Source: Lama guanicoe
Lineage: Eukaryota
DNA length: 64,000 bases
Assembly: GCA_013239625.1 (NCBI GenBank)
Contig: MU054187.1
Coordinates: 12,804,974 to 12,868,973 of the forward strand
Direction of reading: 5' to 3'
The notes beneath the pieces are model-generated. The model was not told the origin of the DNA. It ran no database searches and was given only the letters and a program-made list of their open reading frames with translations. A program made the translations under genes and the position numbers. Positions within the stretch are counted from its first letter, which is position 1; each line of letters begins with the position of its first letter. Below, piece by piece: positions 40,480-52,603 of this stretch.

Positions 40480-41810
40480 CACTAGCCTCCAGAGCCAGGT
40501 AAGCTAGAAATGTCCCTTGGGTGGCAGCTGCAAAAATTTGGGCTCTAGATGAGTGTAGAAGCACCTTTCTGGGAGATACCGGCAAGTTGTGCCAAGGCAG
40601 AGGGAGAGCGTAGAGATGGTGTCCACTGGCCTCAGTTCCCTGAGAGCATCTCCATCAACCTGAAGTCTTCCCCTCAGACCGAAGCTCTGGGACAAGCAAA
40701 TAGGCCTCTTTTACAGAAAGACTGGGGGTGTATTTCAGTCGCTCTCTGCGCAGTGCCCTGGGGGTGGAAGTCTGCCCAGCACTGTCTCTGTGATTGTTAC
40801 AGTCCTGTGCGATCTAGGAACACAAGACCCCCTGGCCACCAGAGCCAGGGGACCAGGGGCATCCCCTGGGTGGCGGCTGCAGAAACCAGGATGCCAGATG
40901 TGTATAAAAGCTCCCTTCTATGAGATCTTAGTGCTCTGGAGTACAGCAGAGGGAAAGCACAAAGATGGCGTTCGTCCTCTGGAAGGGATTACCGACAGCC
41001 CTTAGATGTGTGTTTAATTAGAAGCCTGCCCCTCAGGCTGCAGCTATGAGGATAAGATGATAGGCCTCTTTGATAGAAAGACTGAGCTCCTGGATTTGTG
41101 TGAGCTCTTTTTACTGTGCCCTGGGGTGGGGGGCAGGAGGTGGGGGGTGGTGGTAGCCATTTAAGAACTCTTTCTCTATTGGCTACAGTCCTGTGTGACC
41201 CCTGAGCTTAGGCCCCACAGGTCTCCGGAGCCAGACAATGTAGAGGTGTCCCCTGGTGGCAGCCACAGAGATCAGTGTACCAGACAAGGGTATAAGCTCC
41301 TTCCTGGGAGATACTGGTGAGCTGGAGAGAGGCAGAGAGAGGGAGGAAAGGTGATGTCCACTGGCCTCTGTTTCCTGAGGGCACCTCTGTGCCAAACCAG
41401 AAGCCTGCCCCTCAGGCCAAAACTCCTGGACAAGCAAAAAGCCTCTTTCACAGAAAGACTCAGGGTGTGTTTCAGCTCCTGAGCTATGCAGTGCCCCGGG
41501 GCGGGGTGTGTTGGTCTGCCAAGAACTGTCTCCAGTTGTGACAGTCCTGTGGGGTCCAGGATCACAAGTCCCCTGGCCACCAGAGCCAGGTGATCAACAA
41601 ACATCCCCTGAACAGCAGCCCCCCAAGTGGGGCACCAGATGTAAAAGTCAGGGTACCAGATGCATGTAAAAGCTCTGGAGCATGGCAGAGGGAGAGAGCC
41701 AAAATGGTGCTTTCCAGCCAGCAGGCTCCTAGATTATGTTAAATTCCAGGTCTACTTCTCAGGCTGGTGCCTGAAGATGAATGAATGAGCCTCTTTAACA
41801 TATAGTCTGG
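40480..41810 (-). repeat. Four ~350-390 bp tandem monomers in the L1 5' UTR
   Basis: The anchor agagccagg occurs at 40491, 40841, 41227 (variant) and 41582. The anchor gcctcttt..cagaaagact occurs near 40703, 41064, 41441 and 41790. Confidence 0.85.
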
Positions 41811-42238
41811 CTGCCCCTCGATGGGCTGCCATTGCACTGAGCCCTGGGGTGGGCGAGTGCACACGTGAGCCCTCTGAGAGTGTCCTCAGATGGCTGTCAC
41901 CTATGGGTCTCATGGACACAGGCCCCGCAGGTTTTCACAGTGCGATGCAGGCCTTAGAATTTGGGGTGGCCCTGTGGGGTTTAAACCCTTTACTCCTCAG
42001 GGAGAAACTCCGGGTTTTGAATTTCCACAATTGTGGGTTGCTGTGCCAGGGATGGGGTTCCTGGAGAGAGAGTGTTCCAGCCTCTCCTGCCTGCTTTGAT
42101 GTGGGCCTTCGCTCATTTACCCCGTGTGGCGGAGCTGCTCAGCCAGTGTTTAGTGCTTTTTCCGGAAGGAGTTGTTCCGCATGTCGCTGCGGATTCAGCT
42201 GGGAGGAGGTGAGTTCAGGATCCTCCTGTGTTGCCATC

Positions 42239-42333
42239 CTTTTTCTTTTTTTTTTAACGTACCGGGGATTGAACTCCAGGACCTTGTGCGTTCTAAGCAC
42301 GAGTTCTACCACTGCGCTATTTCCCTCCCCCAA
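42239..42333 (-). mobile_element. tRNA-derived SINE (camelid Vic-1-like)
   Basis: The minus strand reads ggggagggaaaTAGCGCAGTGGtagaactcgtgcttagaacgcacaaggtcctgGAGTTCAATCCccggtac plus an A-rich tail (A box and B box). TSD cct(g/a)tgttgccatc at 42225-42238 and 42334-42347. Confidence 0.88.
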
Positions 42334-42929
42334 CCTATGTTGCCATCTTGAACCAGAACCCAAGCGTTCATTTTTATGCTCTGGTCATGATTAACTCAGC
42401 CAGGTAATTATTTTTGCTCTCCATTGCATCCTCAGGTGTATTAGGTCTGATACAGCTTTTAGTGAATAAATAAATCAATGAATAATACTCTTCTGAATAA
42501 ATTCCCAGACACAGAATTATAGCAGCTTATTAAATTTAAGTCTAAGATATTAGTGTATTTAATATGTAGACGATATCAAAGAAAAATGAAACAATGAATT
42601 AGTTTTTTGGGTAGCATAAAAAAATGTGTTTGTGGACCTATAATATAAACCAGCAGCGCGCCTTCAGCTGATACTTCTGCATATTTAGTCTGTGATGGGC
42701 TGGGTACTCGGTGGTATAGAAAATGAGACACTGTTCCCACTCCAAGAAGTTGAAAATGTTGGGTAGGGGGTTAAGAAACATATGTGTAGTAAACAACAAT
42801 TGTTTTTCAAGGCAACAGATAATACTAAATAAATCATTAAGGGTACCTTCCTCAGTAATTCAGAGGAGTGCAGCGTGATCCAACTGAGTAGATAGTAACA
42901 AACAGGTTTACAAAGAGGCTGTACTAACG

Positions 42930-43900
42930 TATGCTTCCACTAGTGCTATGTATAGATGCTACTTCTCTTCATTTCAGCCATCCTTTTTCATTTCTTCACA
43001 TTCTGTTGGTATGCGAAGATACCACAAGATTGATTTAATTTGCGTTTCTTTGACAACCAATGACGTTGAACAACTTTGTCTATGCTTATCAGTCAGTTGG
43101 ATATCCTTTTAGCCTTTTTTTAGTCTTGAAAGTTCTTGCCCTTTTCCATATTGATTTGTATGAGCTCTTTGTATCTTCTCTTTATGAGTAATTTATCAGA
43201 TGTATATGTTGCAAATATCTTTTCCCACCATGGCTTGCCCTTTCATTCTTAGTGGTGTGTTTTGATGAGAGGAACATCTTAATTTTGATATAGGCCAACT
43301 TATTTTAAAAATGGTGAATTATTTTTATGTCCTGTTAATCTCTATATGAAATTCATAAACATATTTTATGTGTATTTTTCTAATATCTATATTATCTTAC
43401 ATTTGTACTTAGTCTGTTGGGATTTTATTTTTCTGTATGACGAGAGGTAGGGGTCAAGATTCATTTTTTTTCCCCAAGTGGGAATAACACTGATCAGCAC
43501 TATTTATTGAAAAGGCCATCTTTCCTGTACTCTCATCCTGGTCATCAGTGACAGAATATGTGCAGTTCTGTTTTTTATCTTTTTTGTTTTTTCCTTTAGT
43601 CTAGTACGAGTACCACAGTAACTGCTAAGTGATTGGTTTTGACATCTGCTAGTGCTCTTGTTTATTTTAAAGAATCAGATTGTGTTCTGTCTCTGTCTCT
43701 GTCTCTTTCTCTGTCTATCTCTCTATCTCTCTCTCTTCCCCTTCTCTGTCTCTTTCTCTCTGTTCTTGGACTTTAATTGGGATTACATTGAATCCACACA
43801 TCAATTTGAGGAGAACTGACATTTTTAAAACATCCAGTCTTCTAATTTATGAATATGGTATATCTTTCCATTTACTTAGGACTTCTTTAATTTCTGTCAA
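42930..43900 (-). mobile_element. Old L1 ORF2 3' relic
   Basis: ttaatttgcgtttctttg...ttgcaaatatcttttccca...gaggtaggggtcaagattc...ttgggattacattgaatc...atttgaggagaactgacat. Confidence 0.7.
43687..43762. repeat. Imperfect (TC)n/(TCTCTG)n microsatellite
   Basis: ctgtctctgtctctgtctctttctctgtctatctctctatctctctctcttccc... Confidence 0.85.
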
Positions 43901-44869
43901 CAGTATTCCTTCGTGTTTAGATTTTAGTTGCAATTAGATAATACACAATTTGATGTTCAGCTTGTACTTAGATCAATGGGTCCAAGCTGGCAATTATTAG
44001 AAATACCTGTAGAATTTTAAAATGATACTGACATCCAGATCCTACTTCAGAGCTACAGCATCAGGATCTCTGGGAGCAGGACTCAGAGTCTACAGAGCCT
44101 TCTGGATTTCACAATACTTTTGGTGCAAGTATAAAAATCAGTACAATTTGTTTTGCATAATAATTTGGCAAATTTTATTAGATTAAGTAATCATAACTGT
44201 TGACCTTGCACTTATATATCTAGGAAGTTAACTTAGATGAATTATTTGTGCACATTTATAAAGAGATAAAAGAATGTTTACTACAGCATAGTTTATAAAG
44301 GGAAAATCCAGCAACCTACCTCAATTTCCATCAGAGGAAGAGGTATGCTACTTACATATAGTGGAACATTAGGCAGCTGTTAAAAGTGAGGAACTCGATC
44401 TATAAGTACCAAAGTGGACAATATCTAAAGCAGTTGACATTTTTTTAAAAAAATCAACAAACAGAAAATTATGTAAAATAAGCCAAACTGTACCTACACA
44501 GGTCAGCATGTGTTACACACAGGTGCGCACCACACCTAAAGGCAGTCAAATGACCGCATCCTCTGGGGGAATCGGAAGCTTCCTGTCACCCCTCCCCCGT
44601 GAGTTCTATAAAAGAGCAGTGGCACAGTGTGTCAGAGTCAGACCGCAGGCAACCCAGGCTGATTCTAGTGGGAATGGCTGGCGTTTTTGCCTGTGGATTC
44701 TTCAATGCTGGGCTGCAGGAGCCCAGCGGGGTGAATTCCTAACAGTTTGTGAGGGAAAGAATTGGTTGGTCCATTGTATATTCATTTGGCAACAGGTGGA
44801 GAACAAAAATCCTTTAAAATTTTTACATATTTCCGTATTCTTTATGATAAATAGGCTTGCTTATATTAC

Positions 44870-45185
44870 ACAATTTTTTTTTACCATGTTCATGTTTCTT
44901 AACCATTCAGTGGCATTGAGTACAGCAAAACATTGTGCAGCCATCACCACCATCCATCTCGAGAACTTTTTCCTTATCCCAAACAGAAACTCTGTACTCA
45001 TTAAACAGTATCTCCCCATTTCTCTCTGCTATCAGCCCCCAGTAACCTCTATTTTACTTCCCATCTTTCTGAATTGTCCTATTCTAGGTCTTTCATATGA
45101 CATTAGAATCAGACATTTGTCCCTTTGTGTCTGACTTCTTTGATTTAGTATAATGTCTTTAAGGTGAAGCTATGTTATAGCATGC
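44870..45185 (-). mobile_element. L1MB-type 3' end
   Basis: ttcagtggcattgagtaca...ttgtgcagccatcaccaccatccatctcgagaacttttt...ccaaacagaaactctgtactcattaaaca. Confidence 0.78.
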
Positions 45186-48100
45186 ACATAAACATTTTAA
45201 ATATTTAAAACATATGAATGTGGGGGGAAAGATTTCTAAGTTCATTCTGGCAAATGGCCAAGTTCAGGACCGTTGCACGACGTGACTTTCCAAAGTAGGA
45301 GCGATGCTGTCATTTTAGTCTCTTCCTACCTGAGACCAATAATCTTCCCGAAGGTCCAGCTCAGGCATCAGTCCCTCCAGGAAGCCTTCCTCGACCTTCC
45401 ACACAGAAATATTTCCCATTATCTGAATGTTTTCAACTGCGCCCACAGTCATGTTTTAATCCGTCTACAAAATTTAAAATCTGGAGCCATAATGTACACA
45501 GTTTAAGATTCCTGCAACCAACTCTCTCCCATATCAGGATATCTGATTTTTCTTGAGAGCTGGAAAACCTGACACCCCGAGCCAGCATTCCCACGTGGCC
45601 GCAGCTGGGTAGAGTTGAGAAGCAGCTGTCGGTCTGCAGACCCCTGCTCTTTTCTGACACCCTCCCTACCTCGCCCCTCTGAGGATGACTGCCTCGGGCT
45701 GATGACAATACACTTGTTCGTGTATTTTTCTTACAGTGTAGAAAACCTTTTCTGAACTGTCACTACCAAACCAGAATAAGCTGGTGGTGGTGGTGGTGGT
45801 TTTAAATGAGAGCGCCCTGGGATTCCCAGAGAGGCCCGTATCATTCACCGATTTGTATTACATGCCCCTCCTGTCATTTGAGTTTGCAGCCTTTGGTCAG
45901 CTGAACCCTGGGCATTGAAGGGCACTGCACATCTCTCTGGCCACTTCAGGAATGTCTCGCTGTGTGTGGAAAGCACTCTGTGAATGGTTATCAGTGACTG
46001 TCAGCTCATCCGATATCATGCTTCGTTTTTAGAGCAATTTTAAGGCTCCGTTTCTGAAACTGTCTTAGACTTTCTCCACCATCCCCGCAGCTCTGCTCTT
46101 TCTTATTTTCATCTGTGAAACTCCCGCCTGTCCCTCAGTACAGATGAAATGTTACGTTCTCCTAGGAGTCTTCCCAAACAAAGCACTCATCTCCTGGGCC
46201 CGGTGCGCCTGGAGCCGCTGGCTCACCCCGCTCCTTACTGCTGATGTCCTGGCCACCCCACACCGCCTTGATCTCGGCAGCACCCTTAACCCCACCCTGG
46301 GAAACATGAACTTCCCAGTAAGTTCACACGTCAAAGGGAACTATTTTTTCAGCATCTCATTTTCTTTAAAGCCTGTTGATGTAAGGCTGTTTGGAGCAGT
46401 CTGTTGTTTTTCCTGATTCCTGCATTCTCCTTTGTTTTTCATGGAACACACAGCACTGATTTCCTGTAAGGCTTTGCAAATAAATTTCAAGGTCGGGGGC
46501 TGGAAGCCTTTCTGGAGCTGTCGTGGTACCTTCTGATTTCGCCTGGGCCAAGAAACGCTTTCAACCCCAGAGGGCAGAAGTTTTTCAAAACAAGACTGTT
46601 CCAATAAGGGGGTGCCCTTCCCCCATCAACTCCTGCTCCCGCCCGCTTGCATTTTAACTACTTTGAGAAGAATGGAAATTCTGCAAAGTCTTCAGTATAT
46701 CTGAAGCATCAAGCAGGCTAGGTGATGGGGCCTGCCGTGATTTCTCAGTGAGGGGTTGGTGCAGACAGGAACACAGGGAGGCGGTGAAAGAGGCCTTTTC
46801 TGAAGAGCCAGCGGAGGGGCGGGGCGGCCTTCGCCCAGACCCCCTCTCCCTTCCTCCTCTGCCCCGGGGGGTGTCTGGACCTGTGCTCACGGGGACTTTG
46901 ATCCTGTGACGTGGAGGAAGGTGGGGAGGGGTTGTCCAGGCCTCCTGCATGTCAGGGCTAGAGCAAGTGCAGGGCATCCTGTTCAGCGGTTTAGTTCTTT
47001 TTAATGTCCGAGTTGATGCAACAAACCAACCGCTCCTCACTGTTCACACTCTTTGTCTTGGTTTTTCTTCTCTAACTCCCTTTTCTGTCCTTCTTCAACG
47101 CTTTGCCATTTTTCGGAGGCGGGCTCCGTGCTTGTAAACAAGGAAGCGTGATGAACATAGTCAGAGGGTTCTTGCATTTAAGGACCTTGGAGCAGCCTTT
47201 GGGTACCTGGTTCGTCTCCACAGATGCAGTGTCCCTAAAGGGGGTGCAGGGAGTGAGTGTGGGGACCCTTGTCCTCCTGGAAATATGACCAAGGTCCTGT
47301 CCGCTGTCCCCCGCCTACCAGCCCACCTTCAGGTTCTGTTTTTGGAGGGTGATAGTAAAACCCTCCACAGAAAGGGTTTAGTGTCTTTAAAATCTCCTCC
47401 CGCCAGCCCCCATCCCCTTCTGCTGATCTGAACTGGAGAAGAGACCTTTGGGCGGAAAGGGCTTTAGCCCGATTGCTGCACTTTCTGGAACCATCAGGGA
47501 AACTCGATTGCTATTCTTGCCCCTAGAAACAGTTCACTGCTAACATACACGTTCAGTGATACACAATTTGTTCCAAAGACAGCAAAGCCTACAAGGTCTG
47601 GATTAGAGAAAAGGTTTAGAATGAACCAGCCTCTCCCCGCAGCTGTAATCCTCTGACATCATACGCAACTTGGTGGCTGGGTCCAGCCAGATCCTTTGCA
47701 GTGCTGGATGGGGCAGGGGGCAGAAAGAGGGCCTTGGAAGCCTCTCGCATGTGCTCATGACTGGCTTTGCCTCTAGGACACCGGCTACGGGTTTCTATCC
47801 CCAGGGATGCCCTAGGACAAGCCCTCCTTCCATGTCGCTTGGATTACTGCGGTCCTCCCGCAGTCTCCCTGCTGGCAGTTACTATACATTTCTCTCTCGT
47901 TAATCCAGGGACGGATTAAGAGCCCATTAGCATCTTATTCTTTCATTTCCTTTAGGCTTATGAAAATGTCACCCCCTTAATGAGACTTGTTTCCAGCCAA
48001 CATTCATTGCTGTCCCCTCTGGCCTTCCATCCTAAAATGGGAACTCTCTAGACGATTAATGGAATTGAGTTCAGGGACACAAGGATTTTGGGGGCATAGG

Positions 48101-50253
48101 CATGGCCAACTGGGAATCAGAATGGCTTGGAAAGGAAAGGCCAGGAGCCGGGCGAGCACACTGCACACGCGGCCCTACCTTGCTGGAAGCTGACTTGAAC
48201 TGGGGGTCTTTCCTACAGATCTGCTTGCCCCAAAGCAATGGCCCTTCACCTCACCTGCCAGGCAAGCCCCAACTAACCTAGACAAATGAAACTAGAATCT
48301 CTAGAGAGGGGCTCAGGAAGTCTTTAAGGCACCCAGGTGTTTTCAGCAGGCAGCCAATCGAGAAGCACTGGCAGAAAGGAATTAGAACATGTGGGGGCCT
48401 CCACTCATAGGGAGCTCCCCAGAGGTCACGGCAGGGTCCTGCCCAACGCGCAGCAGACAGGGGGAGGCGGGGAGGGCGAGTCGGTGGCAGCGCCAGCGTG
48501 GACAGCACCAGGTAGCTGGTCTCCTTCCCCACCTGGTGCGCACCTCATCCTCTGTGGGTCTTGGGGCTTTGAGCCAAGCCACACGGAGAGAAGATGGGCC
48601 AGGCCGTAGAGTGCTTGTAGCAGAAGAGGGGCTTCCGTCCCAGCTCAGGGGAGGAAATCCATTTTCAGGTTTGGCAGTCTAAGCTATGGTCCCGGCAGCA
48701 GACTCCCCCAGTCAAACCAGTGCACAGAACCAGTCCAGAATGGCGGTGCGGGGGGTGTCTGCACACGCAGGGGCTCCGAGCACACTCTGTGTCCCCACAG
48801 GAGACTTCTCTCTGAAGGGTTTTCCTCTGGCAAAGCATCCGTGTTTCTTCTGTTGCCAATAAAAACCCCCGGCGCTGTTCTTTCTCCTCCGCGTCCTTCT
48901 ATTGCTTCTGACAGAGTTTGCCAGTTAGCTGAGGTCAGGATTTCCTTTTTACAAACAACCTGCTTTCAGTCAGTGGGGCCAAAGGTTTCCCAAATTACAA
49001 ACCCTTTCATTTTTTCTGCCACAAGTTATCCTGTCAGTCTGTATAATTGCATGAATGGAGAGACATGGAAACATTTCTGAGAGACACCGAAAGAAAGAAA
49101 TGCCTTTACGAGCCCTCCCCTGGACTGTCAGAGCTCTCCTGAGCGGGATGGGCAGGACCACGCGAACTGGCGGAAGCCTCTGTAGCTGCGCAGAGCGTGG
49201 GGGTTCCAGTGTCTGCGAGGAAACTTTGTCCAGTTCTTAAACGAACACGCAGTGTCCGAGGCAGCATCCCCACGTTCTGTTAAGCAAATGCCCTCCTTTA
49301 TATTCATTTGAATTGGAGAACATCCAAGTCATATTCAGATGTTTTGAAAAGCAAATTTTAAAAGCTATTACAAAATATCTGTGAATTTGACATTGGTAAA
49401 TGCTGATTGGAAGACAAATTTTAAACCAACCTCTGGAAGACGTGCTAAGGCTTTTTTAAAAAAAAAAAACAGCAGCAGCAGCTTTCAGGTATCACTGGAC
49501 AATTGTACTGACTACGGACAGGATGCCAAACAGACCTTGAAGATGGAAGGTGCTGCCGAAGCCCTGGGGTGGGGCGAGAGAGCAGGGCACGGAGCCAGCT
49601 TTCATTGGCCTGAGAGCTCCTGATCTCTTCACGATTCCGTGTTGCGTCCAAGAGTCCGCTGGGGTCGTGACTCTGCCTTATTTGGCTGTGACCTCTCTGG
49701 CAAAGCATTTAACCTGAGTTTTGTAATCTGTAAAATAAAGGGCTCAGCTAGACACTACTGAGAGCTAACATCTGAAGTCTGGTCTAGCCTGGCGTGGCAT
49801 AATCACCACCGTGAAGGGGTCCAGGCTGCGTGTGCTGATGCAGGAGGCTGGATGAGATTTCTTTTCCCATCCTCTTGATTTTTCTTTCTCCCTGAGCGGA
49901 GGGATGAATGGCTACGTTCATGTGTAATAAAAGCCTGAAGTTTTACTCAGAGGTGAAGGCCAGTTAAAGCCTCAGCCTGCTCTCCTGACCACGCCGACCC
50001 ACCCTCCCTGAGCCCCGGTCCTGGGGCCTGCGGCTTTTCTTCCCCTTCTCGTCTCCCCTCACCCTGCTCTGGCTGGTCCAGCCTGCAGGTCTCAGCTTAG
50101 ACGTCAGCTCTTCGGGGGAGCGTTTCCTGCCTGCCCTGCCAGCCCTGCCTCCCTCACCATCAGTACTGCTCCCTGAAGCCTGTGGTATCATTGCGATTCT
50201 TTTTTTTTTAAATAGCCACCATCCCAATGCTTGAGGTCAGGGTACTAGACTGT

Positions 50254-50365
50254 TTTTAAAAAAATTATTTACTTATTTTTTAAATGGAGATACGGGGGAT
50301 TGAATTGAACCCAGGACCCCATGAATGCTAAGCACGCATTGTACCACTGAGCTCTATACTCAGCC
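50254..50365 (-). mobile_element. tRNA-derived SINE (camelid Vic-1-like) inserted in an L2 relic
   Basis: The minus strand reads agctcagtggtacaatgcgtgcttagcattcatggggtcctgggttcaattcaatcccc plus an A-rich tail. TSD ctagactgt at 50245-50253 and 50366-50374. Confidence 0.86.
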
Positions 50366-50489
50366 CTAGACTGTCTTTTTCATCTTGTTTCCTAAACCAT
50401 GCCAGTCCCCTTGTAAACAAATCATCTGTGCCATCAAAGAGCTGGTCCTTTAGTTGGGGAGGACAAAAATGTCCGTGAATACCTGGCCA

Positions 50490-50720
50490 TCATAATAACG
50501 GGCAGCATAAATAACATGCCAAGTGGTGTCCCAAGCACTTTACGCAGGTTAACCTACTTGGTTCTCATAATAATGCTCTGAAGTAGACATTGTTACCCCC
50601 TTTTTACATATGAGGAGATTAAGGCGCAGTGAAGTTAAACTACGTGGCCAGCTAAAACCGGGAAGATGGGATTCAAACCCAGGCAGCTGGCCCGTGAAGG
50701 CTGGGCTGTCAGCCACTGGG
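50490..50720 (-). mobile_element. MIR SINE
   Basis: ccccttttttacatatgaggagattaaggcgcagtgaagttaa...gggattcaaacccaggcag. Confidence 0.75.
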
Positions 50721-50829
50721 TGTGCTATCTCACGGTGGTGGGGAGACCCCTACCTCCGGAGGTGTCCAGATGCCTCGTGTCTCACTGCTTCCCTTGTTCA
50801 ACCCATTAGCCCGTGCTGTCGTCACCGTC

Positions 50830-51440
50830 GCAAAAAATAAACCCAGCTGACCATTTCCCCATCCTCATCTGCCCCTGGCTGTTGCTCCCGGCTAGCCTGG
50901 TAACTTGTGTCCCCACTTCTTCTCTTGCTGGTTTGTAGCCCATTCTTCACCCAGTGGCCCAAGCGATCATTTCAAAGAGGGTATCAGATGGGGTCACAAC
51001 CCTGTGTAAAGCCCTCAGTGGCCATTAGACTAGCATCCAAATGTCTCAGCAAGACTTTCGGAGTCTCAGCTCCTTCCCAGAGTCACCTCTTCTTGGACCT
51101 GTGGGTGTGAGTCTCACTCCTCGAACACAGTAAATAGAAGTCCTCTCTTCTGGGGACTGTTGCCTCTGTCCTCTGCCCCTGATCTTCACATCTTGCCTGC
51201 TTCTGAGCAGTTGGTCTCGGTTCACATGTCTTGTCTCTGTCCATCCTGTTCAAGGAAGCCCTGTGACCCCCATGCCCTGTCTTCATTTTCCATAAGGAAC
51301 GTTTCCCACTGAATGTATCCTATCCCTTCATTCATTTGGTAATTCATTTGTCTGTTGCCACCTATTCCGATGTAAACTCCATCCTCAGGAGTGGGGACCT
51401 CCATCCCTAGCATCTAGAACAGTGAGCCTTTATTGAAGGG
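50830..51440 (+). mobile_element. L2 3' region
   Basis: cccattcttcacccagtggcccaagcgatcatttcaaa...ggaagccctgtgaccccc...tgtaaactccatc...catccctagcatctagaacagtg. Confidence 0.6.
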
Positions 51441-52597
51441 AGTAATAGGAACTGCCAACAAGACTGTGGACATTGAGTGGGAGAAGTTCAAGAGGTGGAG
51501 CTAACACTGTGCTGTGATGGGGAGGGAGGCTCTGCAAAGGAGAAGGCTCTGGATGGAGCTGGACATGGTTTGGGTGGATTGAAGGTGGAGGAAGCATTGA
51601 CAGCCGTGGGAAAGCTCTAGTAAAGATGAGGCAGGGATGCTTACAGGCAGTTGGGTCCATTAAAGAGCCCAGTTAATATATCCTGAAGGTTTGTTCATAA
51701 GAATAATGAGAGATAATGGGAAAAAAGTTGCAATGTTATTTGGAAACCCTAGAATGCCAGGTACAGAAGTCTGGGCTCTAATCTATGGTCCAAGGGGAGC
51801 CCTTTAAACATTTTAGCCAGGGGGTGTCAAGTTCGAAGCAGTGCTTTAGAAAAGTCATCTTTTGGGGATATGCTCTCCATTTTGCCTATTTCCATACTTT
51901 CTTTGCCTGAGACCTCACGGTCCCGCCCCGCTCCACTGCTGCCTTGTAAAGATGTTCCCCAAACTCTTCATTCTCCGGTGTCGGAGGACGCTCAGACACT
52001 TCATTACTCAAGCCACTTGGCCGAGTGTGTGTGTGTGAAAAATGAACATCCTGGGCCTGATAAACAAGTCAGATCACTGCGTTTTTGATTCTCACGTGTT
52101 TGTACATACAAATGTTGTGTTGCTAAGATTAAATCCCAGGAGGAAGCCAGTTGTGTTGCTTTATAGCTCTTTGGCAGTGATTGGTCTGGCCAAATCTTAG
52201 AGGTGTATGTTGTGGGCGTTCTTTATAGATGAAACTGGTTTATAGTGCTGTCTCTTGGGTATTTAAGTGGCTCAGTCTATGCTCTGGCATCCGAGATACT
52301 TGATGCTGAATTCTGTTCTATAGCAGATAAATGTGAGTCAGGGTCTAGTTTATATAGGTTTGGAGGAAGCAAAGAGCTTTTCCATTCGTCTGTTTTTACA
52401 GTGATCAAAGAAACAGCTGTTACTCCCCTCGCTTGGTCCTCTCCAGGACTGATAAAGCCATTACTGCAATTGCTTCATACGACTTCCTTTTGTTGGACTC
52501 TGAGCCTTCTTAAAGCAACTGAGATCCTGCTGTTTCTCGTAACCAAGACAAAGAAAATACTGACATGCAAGGAGCTTACAGTACTTCACAAATCCGT

Positions 52598-52603
52598 TTT
52601 ATT
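52598..52603 (-). terminator. EYA1: Distal polyadenylation signal of EYA1
   Basis: AATAAA on the minus strand, with an ATTAAA at 52618-52623, several upstream UGUA motifs, and the downstream element tattttctttgtcttggtt (~52559-52541). Confidence 0.78.

Larger units (their letters stand above)
33586..42361 (-). mobile_element. Originally full-length L1 (5' UTR, ORF1, partial ORF2, 3' UTR), decayed, with nested insertions
   Basis: 5' end gggttctggttCAAGATGGC at 42361-42342; decayed ORF1 at ~40200-39290; ORF2 start MAVSAHPSIIALNVNGLNSPIKR at 38823; ORF2 3' part and 3' UTR at 37367-35480; 3' tip at 33614-33586. TSD aagc(t/g)ttcattttt at 33572-33585 and 42362-42375 (13/14 match). Confidence 0.9.

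Noticed and set aside
40480..41810. Tandem repeats as a CRISPR-like or novel array
   Set aside because: The units are diverged whole-monomer duplications within an L1 5' UTR, with no repeat-spacer structure, and the DNA is mammalian.
42250..42333. tRNA-like sequences here and at 50290-50365 as real tRNA genes
   Set aside because: Both have A-rich tails, target-site duplications and degenerate stems, so they are SINE copies.
44508..45134. 208-aa plus-strand ORF
   Set aside because: Its second half is an antisense L1MB 3' UTR, and it has no recognisable domain.
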